A stretch of DNA of 45,508 nucleotides from Patescibacteria group bacterium. GTDB taxonomy: Bacteria > Patescibacteriota > Patescibacteriia > UBA11705 > JABHMO01. The DNA lies in the NCBI GenBank assembly GCA_018818405.1, contig JAHIRY010000040.1:1-45508 (forward strand), written 5' to 3'. The position numbers and the translations under genes are program-made. Position 1 is the stretch's first letter, and each line of letters begins with the position of its first letter. Positions 1-9,639 of this stretch are shown here, in pieces. The notes below the pieces were generated by a model. That model had not been told where the DNA came from. It saw only the letters and a list, made by a program, of their open reading frames with translations, and ran no database searches.

Positions 1-1
1 C

Positions 2-268
2 GGTCAAAACGCCGTAATTATTTCTCTCTCGCAAATCCTCGAGCACTTCAACGGGAACATGGAGAACTTTTTCAACTTCCTCGGCGGTTTCCACGGCTCT
101 CATCAACGGACTGACGAAAATAATTTCAATTTCTTTATTTAAAAGTTGTTTTGCCAATTCACGAGCTTGTTCTATCCCTTTTGCTGTCAAATGATCATCA
201 TAATCTCCGCCGAACCGGTCTTCAATATCTCCGGTGGTTTCTCCATGCCGAATTAAATATATTTTCAT
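2..268 (-). CDS. Histidine phosphatase (phosphoglycerate mutase-like) family protein, 3' end runs off window
   Basis: Not in ORF track; manual translation from ATG at 268: MKIYLIRHGETTGDIEDRFGG...SPLMRAVETA...LRERNNYG, with RHGE motif and SPLxRAxET. Confidence 0.9.
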   Translation of the reverse strand, partial: MKIYLIRHGETTGDIEDRFGGDYDDHLTAKGIEQARELAKQLLNKEIEIIFVSPLMRAVETAEEVEKVLHVPVEVLEDLRERNNYGVLT

Positions 269-322
269 AAACAATAATCTTAAATTTTACATCGTTAGTA
301 TAAGGCATAAACGAAATTTCGC

Positions 323-832
323 CTACCGGTTTTTCAAAAAATCAACGATTGCTTGGCCGAAACGGGACGCGGCCGCCGGTCCGTTGGCTGTAATCATATT
401 TCCATCGATTACAATATCATCGGCTGAAACAATCGCTTCGCCTTCGACCAAATATTTTTCACTGCCGGCGCAAATCGTCGCTTTTTTATTTTTCAAAAAT
501 CCGCCGCGCGCCAAAATCGCCGGCGCAATGCAAATGGCGGCAACAAGTTTGTCTTGTCCGTGAAAATAATTAACCAAACCATTGATTGTTTCATCTCCGA
601 TAAAATCGAAAGCTCCCGGTCCGCCGATGATAATTATTCCGGAATAATCAGCTTCAACAACATCGGAAAAAGCCAAATCCGGCTTCACCGTTCCGCCGAG
701 CTTGCCGGCTGCGATGTCATGACTTTTCGCGCACACATCAGCTTTGATTCCATTTTGTTCGAGAACAGAGCGCGTATCAAAAAGTTCTTCGTCGCGAAAA
801 TCTTTCTGTGCGATGATCATTAACACTTTCAT
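323..832 (-). CDS. DJ-1/PfpI family protein
   Basis: F.DEE acidic motif, IIGG.G loop, AAICIAP nucleophile Cys, ITANGP. Confidence 0.92.
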   Translation of the reverse strand: MKVLMIIAQKDFRDEELFDTRSVLEQNGIKADVCAKSHDIAAGKLGGTVKPDLAFSDVVEADYSGIIIIGGPGAFDFIGDETINGLVNYFHGQDKLVAAICIAPAILARGGFLKNKKATICAGSEKYLVEGEAIVSADDIVIDGNMITANGPAAASRFGQAIVDFLKNR

Positions 833-906
833 AAATAATATTGTTTAAGTTTCCGGTATTGCGTTAAAATTCTAGCATTTTTTCCGCTGAATTTCAATAG
901 CGAAAT

Positions 907-1911
907 TTATTGATTAAATATTTCCCTCGCAGTCTCCCACATGCTGTAGTCGCCGTAATTTTCCATCAAATAATACCACCATTCCGCGCCCCAGAGATAC
1001 GCGGAAGAAAAACCGGTTTTTCGAGAATAATCCGCAATGCCCCGAAGATCATCCGCCATCATGAATTTCTTTTGTTCTTCAATGGATGAATCTTTTATCC
1101 CTCGAGGCAACCAAGGCTCTGCCTGCAATTCGGCAATTATCACATCGCCCGGATCAAGTCCCACCAAGCGCGCTTTTAACCAATAAAAAACCGGCGGAAA
1201 ATTGTAGCTCCAATAACCGAAATATTTATTATAAGTTGTTCGATAAATGCTCGTGCCAAACAAATCACCGATATTGGCGGCGCCAACCCAGGAACTTAAT
1301 TCGCCGCTGTCGGTAATCAATACGGGACGGCTGTCCAATGTTTTCACCAAGGAAATTTCTTTGCGCAGGAAATCGATATCACTCGGCGGACATTCGCCGA
1401 AAATATTCAGAAACGGTTCATTTTCCACTTGCCACATTTTTATATTTTCATATTTGCGATAACGCTCAATCACTTGCTTCATCATGGAAATCTGATAATC
1501 CTTCACCGATTCTTCGGGCAAATCGTTTATCCAGAGCGGGTTATGGCATTCCGGCCAGTGCGGAGTGCGCCGGCCAAGAACAAATATTATAGCTACTCCC
1601 CTTTTTTCCGCTTCAGTCACTTGCCAATCAAGCGCGCGGTAATCACGCTGCCACTTTTTCGGTTCAATTTCATTCCACGGCGCGGAAATTCTGATGGTTT
1701 TCACCTGCAAATCATCCAAAATCGCCAGATATGTTTGCTTCCAGTCAAGTCCGAGATATTGGCTGTAGCTTTTTGAAAATGTGACGCCCAATTGGAAATC
1801 GGGACTGGCAAAACTCTGCGCCTGCAAAAAACCAAAAAAAGCTATTAACATCAATGCGATCGCTTCACAAATAAATATTGAAATATATATTTTTTTTCTT
1901 AATGGCGACAT
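907..1911 (-). CDS. Membrane-anchored clan GH-A glycoside hydrolase (GH5/GH42-like)
   Basis: N-terminal hydrophobic anchor; WQVENEP acid/base motif; ELQAEPW nucleophile-like motif; GRRTPHWPECH. Confidence 0.75.
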   Translation of the reverse strand: MSPLRKKIYISIFICEAIALMLIAFFGFLQAQSFASPDFQLGVTFSKSYSQYLGLDWKQTYLAILDDLQVKTIRISAPWNEIEPKKWQRDYRALDWQVTEAEKRGVAIIFVLGRRTPHWPECHNPLWINDLPEESVKDYQISMMKQVIERYRKYENIKMWQVENEPFLNIFGECPPSDIDFLRKEISLVKTLDSRPVLITDSGELSSWVGAANIGDLFGTSIYRTTYNKYFGYWSYNFPPVFYWLKARLVGLDPGDVIIAELQAEPWLPRGIKDSSIEEQKKFMMADDLRGIADYSRKTGFSSAYLWGAEWWYYLMENYGDYSMWETAREIFNQ

Positions 1912-1950
1912 AAAAATTAAATTGCTGTTTATTATTTACAATGACAACGA

Positions 1951-2862
1951 TTAAATAACCATAAAAAACAAACCTACAAAAATCAGTATAATGGCGGCTG
2001 TTTCCTGAATAATTTCAAGCCGGGAAAATTGCTCGCGAAAAAAACGCGGAAATTTTTTTGAAACGATAAATATCAAAATTAACAATATTGCGTATTGCAA
2101 ACCGGCCAGCGCGTTGACAACCGTGGCGCTCGCAAAATAAATCGCAACATTCATTCCCAGGAAATAAAGGCCGGCTAAAGATTTATTAATCGCGAGAATC
2201 GCAAAACCGGATTTTGTTTTTTTTCCCGTCTTTGCTTTTTTTTCTTTTCGAAATATTTCACGGCGAACAGAGCCGGAAAAAAGTAATGGGAGCGCGGCCG
2301 CGAAACAGCCGACTCTCGCCCAGGCGAATCCGGTGGAAAAAGATTCTTCCAGATAAACCGCGCGCGCGAAAACATAGGAAATTCCGAAAAATATTCCGGC
2401 AATGAGCGCCCAAATCAAGCCTATGTGCCAGCCATTGATCTTTCGGCTTTTTTCAAATGAAATCAAGAAAATGCCGGCAAGCAAAAAAGCGATCGCAATC
2501 AATTGATTTTGCGCCAGGCGTTCGCCCAGCCAGAAATAAGAAAGAACAAATGAAACGATGGGAACAATGCCACCGACAAACGGGCTGATGTGCGAAGCTT
2601 CACCTTTTTTCATGGCAATGTAAAAAAACAAAAGCGCGACAGTAAAAAAGGCGCCGGACAGCAATGAAATTATCAACAGTCTTATTTCCGGATGAAAATT
2701 AAAATCAAAAAAGACAAACGCCAAACCGAGCAAATTCACCACCGCGGTCCAAAAAGTCAGAGCAAACGGATTGAATATTTTTTTTGTCAATAAAAATTTG
2801 TCGAGAAAAATCGCGACAGCATTGGCGAATTGAGATATTAAAACGATTGGAAGCCAAATCAT
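1951..2862 (-). CDS. EamA/DMT family transporter
   Basis: About 10 hydrophobic segments, GEASHISP and LGERL motifs. Confidence 0.8.
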   Translation of the reverse strand: MIWLPIVLISQFANAVAIFLDKFLLTKKIFNPFALTFWTAVVNLLGLAFVFFDFNFHPEIRLLIISLLSGAFFTVALLFFYIAMKKGEASHISPFVGGIVPIVSFVLSYFWLGERLAQNQLIAIAFLLAGIFLISFEKSRKINGWHIGLIWALIAGIFFGISYVFARAVYLEESFSTGFAWARVGCFAAALPLLFSGSVRREIFRKEKKAKTGKKTKSGFAILAINKSLAGLYFLGMNVAIYFASATVVNALAGLQYAILLILIFIVSKKFPRFFREQFSRLEIIQETAAIILIFVGLFFMVI

Positions 2863-2969
2863 GTTAATATAATAGCATATTTTAAATTCTTCTTGTAGCG
2901 AATAACGCGCTCTCTTGCAAACAATTTACAATAATAAACGGCCGAACTTTTTTGTTCGGCCGCGAGATT

Positions 2970-3467
2970 TCAAAACGCGAGAAACAATTGAACTGCCGGC
3001 GATTTTTTTCGAACCGGCTCGTCCGGAAAAAAACATTTAAACGCATTATCTTTGGTGACAGCGCCGAAGATTCCCAGCGCTGATTTCAAAATGCCGATGA
3101 ATTCTTTTTGATCCGAGCGGGAAAAACTGAGAATTGAGGAAAACTTCAAAGCAACAATCCACCGGCGATAACCGAGAACTTTCGGAACACATTCTTCGCA
3201 AAAACACTTCAGAAAAACGGTTCGCCCGCCGCTGTCATCGCACAGAACAACAGCTGCCGGCCGGTTGCAATCGCATTTCAACATTACGCGCGAATTTTCG
3301 CCGAGCGCGAGCACTTTTTCCACTCGAGCAATCAAATTGCGTTTGCTCTTGTCAGACGCGAACAAACGCGGAATCTTTTTCAAAAAAGAATAGCCCTTCG
3401 GATCGAACATCAGCTGTTCGACCGCTTTTCCATTTAATTCTCCAAACCAAATGTTGTAAGGTTCCAT
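2970..3467 (-). CDS. Hypothetical protein with CxC and CxCxxC motifs
   Basis: 165-aa ORF filling the gap between co-oriented genes; KCDC and CFCEEC. Confidence 0.6.
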   Translation of the reverse strand: MEPYNIWFGELNGKAVEQLMFDPKGYSFLKKIPRLFASDKSKRNLIARVEKVLALGENSRVMLKCDCNRPAAVVLCDDSGGRTVFLKCFCEECVPKVLGYRRWIVALKFSSILSFSRSDQKEFIGILKSALGIFGAVTKDNAFKCFFPDEPVRKKSPAVQLFLAF

Positions 3468-3527
3468 CAGCTCCTCCGCTGTTTGTTTTCAACAAATAAC
3501 AATACCAATAAAACACTATTTTGTCAA

Positions 3528-4280
3528 CTACTCGAGGAATAACAATAATGACATAACTCCGATTCCCAGAATAATAGCGGTCAACTGATAAATCGCTTTG
3601 CAGCCGGTGCATTCGCCTTTGTGCAATTCGGGAATCAGATCCGAGCCTGCAATGTAAATAAATCCGCCTCCGGCAATTGACAAAAGAATCAAGGAAAGTC
3701 CTTCGATATTTCCGGCCAGCAATAAGGTTAAAATCGCGCCGGCCATGGCGAAAATTCCGGAAATAAAGTTCCAAAATAATGCCTTGCCTCGGGAAAATCC
3801 GGAATAAAGCAAAACTCCGAAATCGCCTATTTCCTGAGGAATTTCATGAAAAATCACAGCCAAGGTTGTGGCGATTCCGAGCGGAACGCTGAACAAAAAA
3901 CTGCCGGCGATAATCATTCCATCGAGAAAATTATGAAAACCGTCGCCAACCAAAATCGTATAAGCCATTGGTTTCAGCTTGTGTTCACTGCAATTTCCTC
4001 CTTTGTGGCAATGATGCCAATGAATGATTTTTTCCACAATGAAAAAAAGTATTAAACCTAAAAGAAAATAAAAACCGGTCAGCGTGGTAAATTTTTCTTC
4101 TTCAACAATTTCCGGAAGAATGTGAATAAAAACATCGCCCAAAAGAGCGCCGACGGAAAAACTGACCAAATACAACAAAAGGTGCTGAAGTTTTTCATGC
4201 TTTATTCCCATGAATAAAACGCCGACCAGAGAAATAAAACTGACAATAGCAACTCCGGCAATCGTGTAAAACCAAATCAT
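3528..4280 (-). CDS. ZIP family metal (Zn) transporter
   Basis: GDGFHNFLDG and FHEIPQEIGDFG signature motifs, His-rich loop HWHHCH. Confidence 0.93.
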   Translation of the reverse strand: MIWFYTIAGVAIVSFISLVGVLFMGIKHEKLQHLLLYLVSFSVGALLGDVFIHILPEIVEEEKFTTLTGFYFLLGLILFFIVEKIIHWHHCHKGGNCSEHKLKPMAYTILVGDGFHNFLDGMIIAGSFLFSVPLGIATTLAVIFHEIPQEIGDFGVLLYSGFSRGKALFWNFISGIFAMAGAILTLLLAGNIEGLSLILLSIAGGGFIYIAGSDLIPELHKGECTGCKAIYQLTAIILGIGVMSLLLFLE

Positions 4281-4303
4281 AAATTAAATGTTTAAATTAT
4301 TTA

Positions 4304-6145
4304 TTACCGATATGAATCAACCAAATGCAAAGATTTCAAAACCGACCACTCTTTTGTTTTTTTCAATTCATCCATATTATCCAAATCCAAATCTTCCAGA
4401 ATATAACTGTCATCTATGTAAATTCCCAACGCCATTTTCAAGCTTTTTTGTTCCGACGCGGTTGTATGCGAATATAAAGATTTCAAGGCCGTAAAATCTT
4501 TTTTCGAGTCATCCTCCAGCAAATCAAAGAAAAATGCAAAATCAATGTCCTCGCAAATATCTTCTATAAAATAAGTATCTTTACCGCACATAGAGAGAAG
4601 AGCCTTCAACAGCATTGAATATTCTCTTGTTCTGTAGATATCGGTTAAACCCGCTTGCCTGCACTCGGCCGCAAGCTCGTAATGCAGATTTTCCGCTTTT
4701 TCCAGTATTGCGCTTTTCAATTCTTCGGTTAATAATTCCGGCCGTCTTTTCAAAAGCGCGACGCCGAATCTCAAATCATCCAAAGAAAGGAAATCTTGCA
4801 AATTATGCACGCATTCTTTTTCTTCAAACTCATGCAAATCATAAAACTCGCCCAAATATTTTGGAATGATTTTGTATTGAGTCGGGGGCAAAAAGAAAAA
4901 CAAAATTTCAACTTCTTTCCGAACTTCTTCGCCGACAGCCGATGCCGCCCGCGAAAGCCCCTCCATTGTTCGGACGGTTGAAACAAACTTTTCCTTTAGA
5001 TTTATTTCCAGCTTAGCCAAACATTCTTTGAGCGGCTGATCAGTGAAATCGCTTTCTTTCAGATACTCTATTTTCCATATGAGCTTTTGCATATGACTGC
5101 CGGCAGTGCTGAATGCGCCAGCCCTATTGTCAAAATCAAAAAGCCGATAAGCCGAAGCGCCGAAATTCCGTTCCTCCGCTTCTTCATAAGCGGCTACAAT
5201 TTCATTATGCAAGATATCAATATAATCATTCGCTCTGCCAATAAATCTCAACTGCCTCGCCGCCGAATCCTCCAGCATCCGCCGTTCTTCTCCCTCAAAA
5301 AAGCCGACTAATTCTCTCTTGTCTTGATAACTGGAGACTCTATGATTCAGTCTGTCCGCAGGAATAAACGCACCCAGATAACCATCATTAATATTGTGAA
5401 CATTTTCATGATTAATTGTCTTTTCTTCTTCAGCGGGAGTTGATGCTTTGATGAAATTGAAGGGCGTGTCCGTATAATGAATTCCTTGCGTTCGCCTGTC
5501 ATTTGCTGAAATTTTTCTTTCGAAAGCCGACGGCTTCATTACTATATTCAAGCTGAACGGCGATCTGCCAATGCGCTGAATGTCCTCGGCTTTTATTTCT
5601 TTTGGAATGCGAGGATACAGCAGTTTAATTTCATGAATAAGCGATTCCGGTTCTTCCGGTAAATTTCTGACAATATTATTTTTTTTCAATATAATTCCTA
5701 TCTGCCTGCGCATGAACGCCAAAAAATCAACAATTCCTTGCGGATCCAAAAGAGCTTCCATTTCTTTTTGTTTTTCCTCTTCTTTTTGTTGTTCCTCACG
5801 TCTTTCCGTTTCCTCATTCATCTCTTCAGATTCCCAGTCTGATTCATCATCTTCAGCGAATATCTTTTCCAGCTCAGCGGCAAGTTCTTCCTCTTGTTTT
5901 TGCCTATATTCCGCGTATATTCGCGCGCGCGCTACCAATTCGGGCGGAAATTTTTTTACGCTTTTATCCCAGATTTCCTCGACTTTTTCTTTTATCGCCG
6001 GATCATTCGGATCGAATTTTTCCGCCGCGCGAAAAAACTCTGCCGCGAATTGAACTTTTTTCCGCAGATTATTCAAAATTTCTCGGCGGCGTTCCGGCCA
6101 GATCGATTCCGGCTTCGGTTTCTGCGTCATTGTTTCTTTGACCAT
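4304..6145 (-). CDS. Hypothetical 613-aa protein with acidic stretch and HExxH motif
   Basis: Long ORF; HENVH motif; no family recognised. Confidence 0.75.
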   Translation of the reverse strand: MVKETMTQKPKPESIWPERRREILNNLRKKVQFAAEFFRAAEKFDPNDPAIKEKVEEIWDKSVKKFPPELVARARIYAEYRQKQEEELAAELEKIFAEDDESDWESEEMNEETERREEQQKEEEKQKEMEALLDPQGIVDFLAFMRRQIGIILKKNNIVRNLPEEPESLIHEIKLLYPRIPKEIKAEDIQRIGRSPFSLNIVMKPSAFERKISANDRRTQGIHYTDTPFNFIKASTPAEEEKTINHENVHNINDGYLGAFIPADRLNHRVSSYQDKRELVGFFEGEERRMLEDSAARQLRFIGRANDYIDILHNEIVAAYEEAEERNFGASAYRLFDFDNRAGAFSTAGSHMQKLIWKIEYLKESDFTDQPLKECLAKLEINLKEKFVSTVRTMEGLSRAASAVGEEVRKEVEILFFFLPPTQYKIIPKYLGEFYDLHEFEEKECVHNLQDFLSLDDLRFGVALLKRRPELLTEELKSAILEKAENLHYELAAECRQAGLTDIYRTREYSMLLKALLSMCGKDTYFIEDICEDIDFAFFFDLLEDDSKKDFTALKSLYSHTTASEQKSLKMALGIYIDDSYILEDLDLDNMDELKKTKEWSVLKSLHLVDSYR

Positions 6146-6196
6146 AAATTTTCAGCAATCAGTTTTTTATTTATTCAATCTTTTTACAAAGAATCT

Positions 6197-7315
6197 TTAA
6201 TTTTTATTTTTCAAATATCGCGCGGCCAGAACCGTCGCGATCGGCACCGCCAGAATCAAGCCAATGCTTCCGGCCAGAGTTCTCACAATTTCCGTTGCGA
6301 TCATTTCATTGTTGACTATTTGTCCGAACGAACTGTTTTCATTGGTGGTGAAAAGCAATAACAAGGGCAAAGAAGCCCCGGCATACGCGAGAAACAAAGT
6401 GTTGGTCATTGAACTGATGTGGTCAACCCCGACGTTCAATCCTTTTTTATATAATTCATAAGTTGTCAATTTATCATTTGCACTTCGCAATTCCTCGACT
6501 GTTGATATTTGAGAAATAACAACATCATCCAATACGCCCAATGTTCCGAGAATTATTCCGGCGAGCAAAAGTCCTTGGAAATTTATGGAAAAATCTATTT
6601 GTCCCATCAAAAACAAAACTTCCTCCGAAGCGGTTCCGCTTAATTTTGTTAAAAAAGAAAAAATAATTGAAATAATGCTCGTAATAAACAAACTCAGAAC
6701 AATGCTGAACATGGCGACATGGGATTTTTTCGTCCAGCCCCAAGTCAAATATATTATTGAAGCCAATATAATTGTTGAGCCGACAATGCTGACCAAAAGA
6801 GGGCTGTATCCTTTTAAAATAAAAGGAATAATTCCCAGCATAATGATCAGAAAAGTAATAATCAGACTTAAAATGGATTTAATGCCTTTTCCTCGTCCCA
6901 CCCAAGCGGTCAAAAGAGCAAACAGCGCGGCCAGAAAATAAATATATCCGGTTCTGACATAATCTATAATATAAAAAGCCATTTCGCCGTCAGGCAGACT
7001 GGAAGCTGAGACAATGACTTTGTCTCCTTTTTTGACTGAAGTTTTTTGAAAAACATCAATGTCGCCGATGCCGTAATAAATCACTTCTTTGTCTTTCCAC
7101 TCGCCTTTTGTTCCGCGCAATTTAACATTCTGCTGAATTTCGGTCGAGCCGTCTTCCCTTTCAATGGTTTTTTCTTCCAAAATTTGAACGGCCTTTGCTT
7201 CAAACACTTGCTCGTCGGCAATCGGCTGATCGCTGGATTCCGCCGGTTCCTGAGCAAAGAGCAAGACCGGGAAAAAAATCATCAGCAGTGAAATTGTTAT
7301 TATCAGCTTTTTCAT
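6197..7315 (-). CDS. YibE/F family membrane protein
   Basis: GxLDDVxISQ, GVDHISSMTNTLFLAYAGASLPLL, EIVRTLAGSIG; start moved to signal-peptide-like MKKLII (7324 also possible) rather than track start 7420. Confidence 0.9.
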   Translation of the reverse strand: MKKLIITISLLMIFFPVLLFAQEPAESSDQPIADEQVFEAKAVQILEEKTIEREDGSTEIQQNVKLRGTKGEWKDKEVIYYGIGDIDVFQKTSVKKGDKVIVSASSLPDGEMAFYIIDYVRTGYIYFLAALFALLTAWVGRGKGIKSILSLIITFLIIMLGIIPFILKGYSPLLVSIVGSTIILASIIYLTWGWTKKSHVAMFSIVLSLFITSIISIIFSFLTKLSGTASEEVLFLMGQIDFSINFQGLLLAGIILGTLGVLDDVVISQISTVEELRSANDKLTTYELYKKGLNVGVDHISSMTNTLFLAYAGASLPLLLLFTTNENSSFGQIVNNEMIATEIVRTLAGSIGLILAVPIATVLAARYLKNKN

Positions 7316-7387
7316 AATTTCCATTATACACATCCAGCATAGCAAAAATCGCCCGCGAGTGGCAACCCCGTTAAGCACTTTATAATA

Positions 7388-7416
7388 TTGACGAAAAGCT
7401 ATTTTTGCGTTAGTAT
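7388..7416 (+). promoter_or_regulatory. Sigma70-like promoter for the tRNA-Gln locus
   Basis: TTGACG (7388-7393), 17-nt spacer, TAGTAT (7411-7416). Confidence 0.5.
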
Positions 7417-7462
7417 ACAACTAGGTTTTATTTATTATTGCGGAATAAATCATGCGATTTAT

Positions 7463-7586
7463 TTTAAATTGTTCGGCGATCGTCCTCCTTCGCTGAAGCA
7501 GCGGAGGATAAATCTAAATTCTTTTATAAAATTTAAATTGTTCGGGGATCGTCCTCCTTCGCTGAAGCTACGGAGGATAAATCTAA
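7463..7586 (+). repeat. Tandem imperfect 55-bp direct repeat (69-bp period): tRNA-Gln 5' end plus inserted hairpin
   Basis: 7463-7517 vs 7532-7586, 52/55 identical by manual alignment. Confidence 0.9.
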
Positions 7587-7644
7587 TGGTAGGACTCCAG
7601 GTTTTGGTCCTGGCTATCTAGGTTCGCCCCGTCGCCGGACGGGG
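7542..7644 (+). pseudogene. Disrupted tRNA-Gln copy
   Basis: Matches the intact tRNA from 5' end to GGTTCG but has a 30-nt insert in the D stem; after the T loop it continues as hairpin CCCCGTC-GCCG-GACGGGG with no normal T stem, acceptor end or CCA. Confidence 0.8.
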
Positions 7645-7671
7645 TGACACCTTGAACAATTGATACTTTAT

Positions 7672-7745
7672 TCGGGGATCGTCTAATGGTAGGACTCCAG
7701 GTTTTGGTCCTGGCTATCTAGGTTCGAATCCTGGTCCCCGAGCCA
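7672..7745 (+). tRNA. tRNA-Gln(TTG)
   Basis: Acceptor TCGGGGA/TCCCCGA, anticodon arm CCAGG-TT TTG GT-CCTGG, GGTTCGAATCC T arm, discriminator G, encoded CCA. Confidence 0.97.
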
Positions 7746-7747
7746 TG

Positions 7748-7777
7748 AACTACTCGCTTTTTTAGGCGGGAGTTTTT
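7748..7777 (+). terminator. Intrinsic terminator after tRNA-Gln
   Basis: Bulged stem AACTACTCGCTT/AGGCGGGAGTT followed by T run. Confidence 0.55.
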
Positions 7778-7912
7778 GTTTTACCGAAGTATGCGAGAGT
7801 TCGTGGCAGGCTCTTCAATTCACTATTTTTGATTATATATATATTGGTTCGAATCCTTCTTTGGTTGTTTAATCGCCCATATATAGTATAATAAATTTTA
7901 GATTTAACATTT

Positions 7913-8326
7913 ATGACAGATTATACAATCATTTCAAAATTTAGAAATAAAGAAAATTGTGATCTACTTGCTAAAAAATTAGAAGAGAAAGGCAAGAGTT
8001 GTTACAATTTTTGTAATAAGCCCGCTGATCCCAATAATCCCGAAGCTCATCCGGAAGAACAAATGAGGGTATTCGAGGAAACAAAAGATTTTTTTAATAA
8101 TGAATATTTTAAAAAAGTTTTCAAGGAAGATCTAGCCGGATTAAAGAATGCTAATACGGTAATCATGCTATTGCCGGCAGGAAATTCAGTTCACATAGAA
8201 GCTGGCATTGCATACGGTCTAGGAAAGAAACTTGTGTTAATAGGAGAGCCGGAAAAGCCTGATAGTCTTTATTTAATATTTCATAAAAGATACAAAGATA
8301 TTGATGAATTTTTAAAAACTATCTAA
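7913..8326 (+). CDS. Nucleoside 2-deoxyribosyltransferase-like (NDT) protein
   Basis: DLAGLKNANTVIMLLPAGNSVHIEAGIAYGLGKK fits the NDT D...D...ExGxAxxLGK pattern. Confidence 0.75.
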   Translation: MTDYTIISKFRNKENCDLLAKKLEEKGKSCYNFCNKPADPNNPEAHPEEQMRVFEETKDFFNNEYFKKVFKEDLAGLKNANTVIMLLPAGNSVHIEAGIAYGLGKKLVLIGEPEKPDSLYLIFHKRYKDIDEFLKTI

Positions 8327-8450
8327 TTCAGTTCTAACATTGTCCGCGCCCCCGAGCCATGAATAATTTTCAATTATTATATCATAGAAACGGGGATGAG
8401 AAGTTTATTCCGAGGATGATGTGATAGAAATAACGATTCCCGAGACAACG

Positions 8451-8479
8451 AAAAAAACTCAGCTTTGTGAGTTTTTTTT
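8451..8479. terminator. Bidirectional terminator-like hairpin
   Basis: AAAAAAACTCA...TGAGTTTTTTT. Confidence 0.6.
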
Positions 8480-8592
8480 GAGTTACTGTACTAGAATAAA
8501 AAGGGAACCCCGATCAGATAGGCTATTCCATATATAATGGAAAAATAAACAAAACACTCTTTAAACCTGCTAAAAAATATTCCCAAGAATTC

Positions 8593-8781
8593 TTATTTGG
8601 ACTTATATGCTGTTTGATAAGTATCTAACAACTTACGCTGTTCCTTAATTGCCCCCTCCGCCGCTTTTTGAACAATTCTCTTTTGCTCTCGAGAAGACAA
8701 TCCAAAAAATGTTACCTCTTTTGAAGTACCAATTCCGAAAAATTTTTTCATTATACTTTTCATAAAGAAATTATACAACAT
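8593..8781 (-). CDS. Small protein overlapping the zeta toxin stop; candidate antitoxin or partner
   Basis: 62 aa, ATG overlaps the zeta gene end by 11 nt. Confidence 0.55.
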   Translation of the reverse strand: MLYNFFMKSIMKKFFGIGTSKEVTFFGLSSREQKRIVQKAAEGAIKEQRKLLDTYQTAYKSK

Positions 8782-9478
8782 TTCTCAATACCTTGTCTAA
8801 TGACATAATATCATACTTATTTTTTATGAAAATGTCAACCTTGTCAATATTTATCTTAAAAGTCTTCGCGGTATTATCAATATTTTTTTCAACAAAATAT
8901 AATAAAACATTATCCTTAAAATATTCTTTTATTTTGTTCGTTGTTTCAATGGAATTAAAATATTTTTCTATAAAGGCTTCTTTAGGAACCCTTCGACCTT
9001 CTATTTTTTCTCTTTTCTTTGTAAAATCCCAAGCAATTACTGGATTTTGATAAATAAAGAAAATACCAACCATCCGCCGCCTACGTAAGGTTCTTTTAAT
9101 ATTGCTTACCTGCTTATCATAATTACAAAAAGTACTATCCATAATACAATTATACTTTTTTTGTAGAACAAAATCGTACAACTTCTCTACTCCAAGATTA
9201 CAAGCTGATTGTACCAAATCTGAATTTTTTCCATCATATGACGGGAGGGCATATCTTATTTCATCTGCATCAATACGAACAAATGGTTTTCCCAGCAGCG
9301 ATATAAGAGTCTTGGCGAATTCTGTTTTTCCAGCGCCCGGTGCTCCTGCCATGAAAAATGTAATTGGGTTGGTCACTGGTTCGACATTAGATTTTTTTAT
9401 ATAATCTTCAACTATCTTTTTTTTATTTGTTTTAAGAAACTCCAATGCCCCTAATTGTATTTCTTTATCCTTTAACAT
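8771..9478 (-). CDS. Zeta toxin family P-loop kinase
   Basis: Walker A GAPGAGKT, RIDADEIR, IMDST, ExRxV motifs. Confidence 0.85.
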   Translation of the reverse strand: MLKDKEIQLGALEFLKTNKKKIVEDYIKKSNVEPVTNPITFFMAGAPGAGKTEFAKTLISLLGKPFVRIDADEIRYALPSYDGKNSDLVQSACNLGVEKLYDFVLQKKYNCIMDSTFCNYDKQVSNIKRTLRRRRMVGIFFIYQNPVIAWDFTKKREKIEGRRVPKEAFIEKYFNSIETTNKIKEYFKDNVLLYFVEKNIDNTAKTFKINIDKVDIFIKNKYDIMSLDKVLRNVV

Positions 9479-9639
9479 ACCCTGATATTATACATGGATT
9501 ATACTTAAATTTTCAACACCAGCCTCAGCGGCAAGTCCTAAAAAACTCACTTCAGTGTGCTTTTTGTGTTACAACTTGAAATTTAATTTTAATTGTGATA
9601 AGTTATCACTTAATGAAAATTCAAAGAGGAGGCAAGCTC

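Larger units (their letters stand above)
7736..8363 (+). mobile_element. Mini-islet at the tRNA-Gln 3' end bounded by a 14-bp direct repeat
   Basis: CCCCGAGCCATGAA at 7736-7749 and 8350-8363; one AT-rich gene inside; no integrase. Confidence 0.6.

Noticed and set aside
7463-7690. Possible CRISPR array
   Set aside because: The repeats are tRNA-Gln fragments with a hairpin insert; there are only 2-3 degenerate copies, no regular unique spacers and no cas genes.
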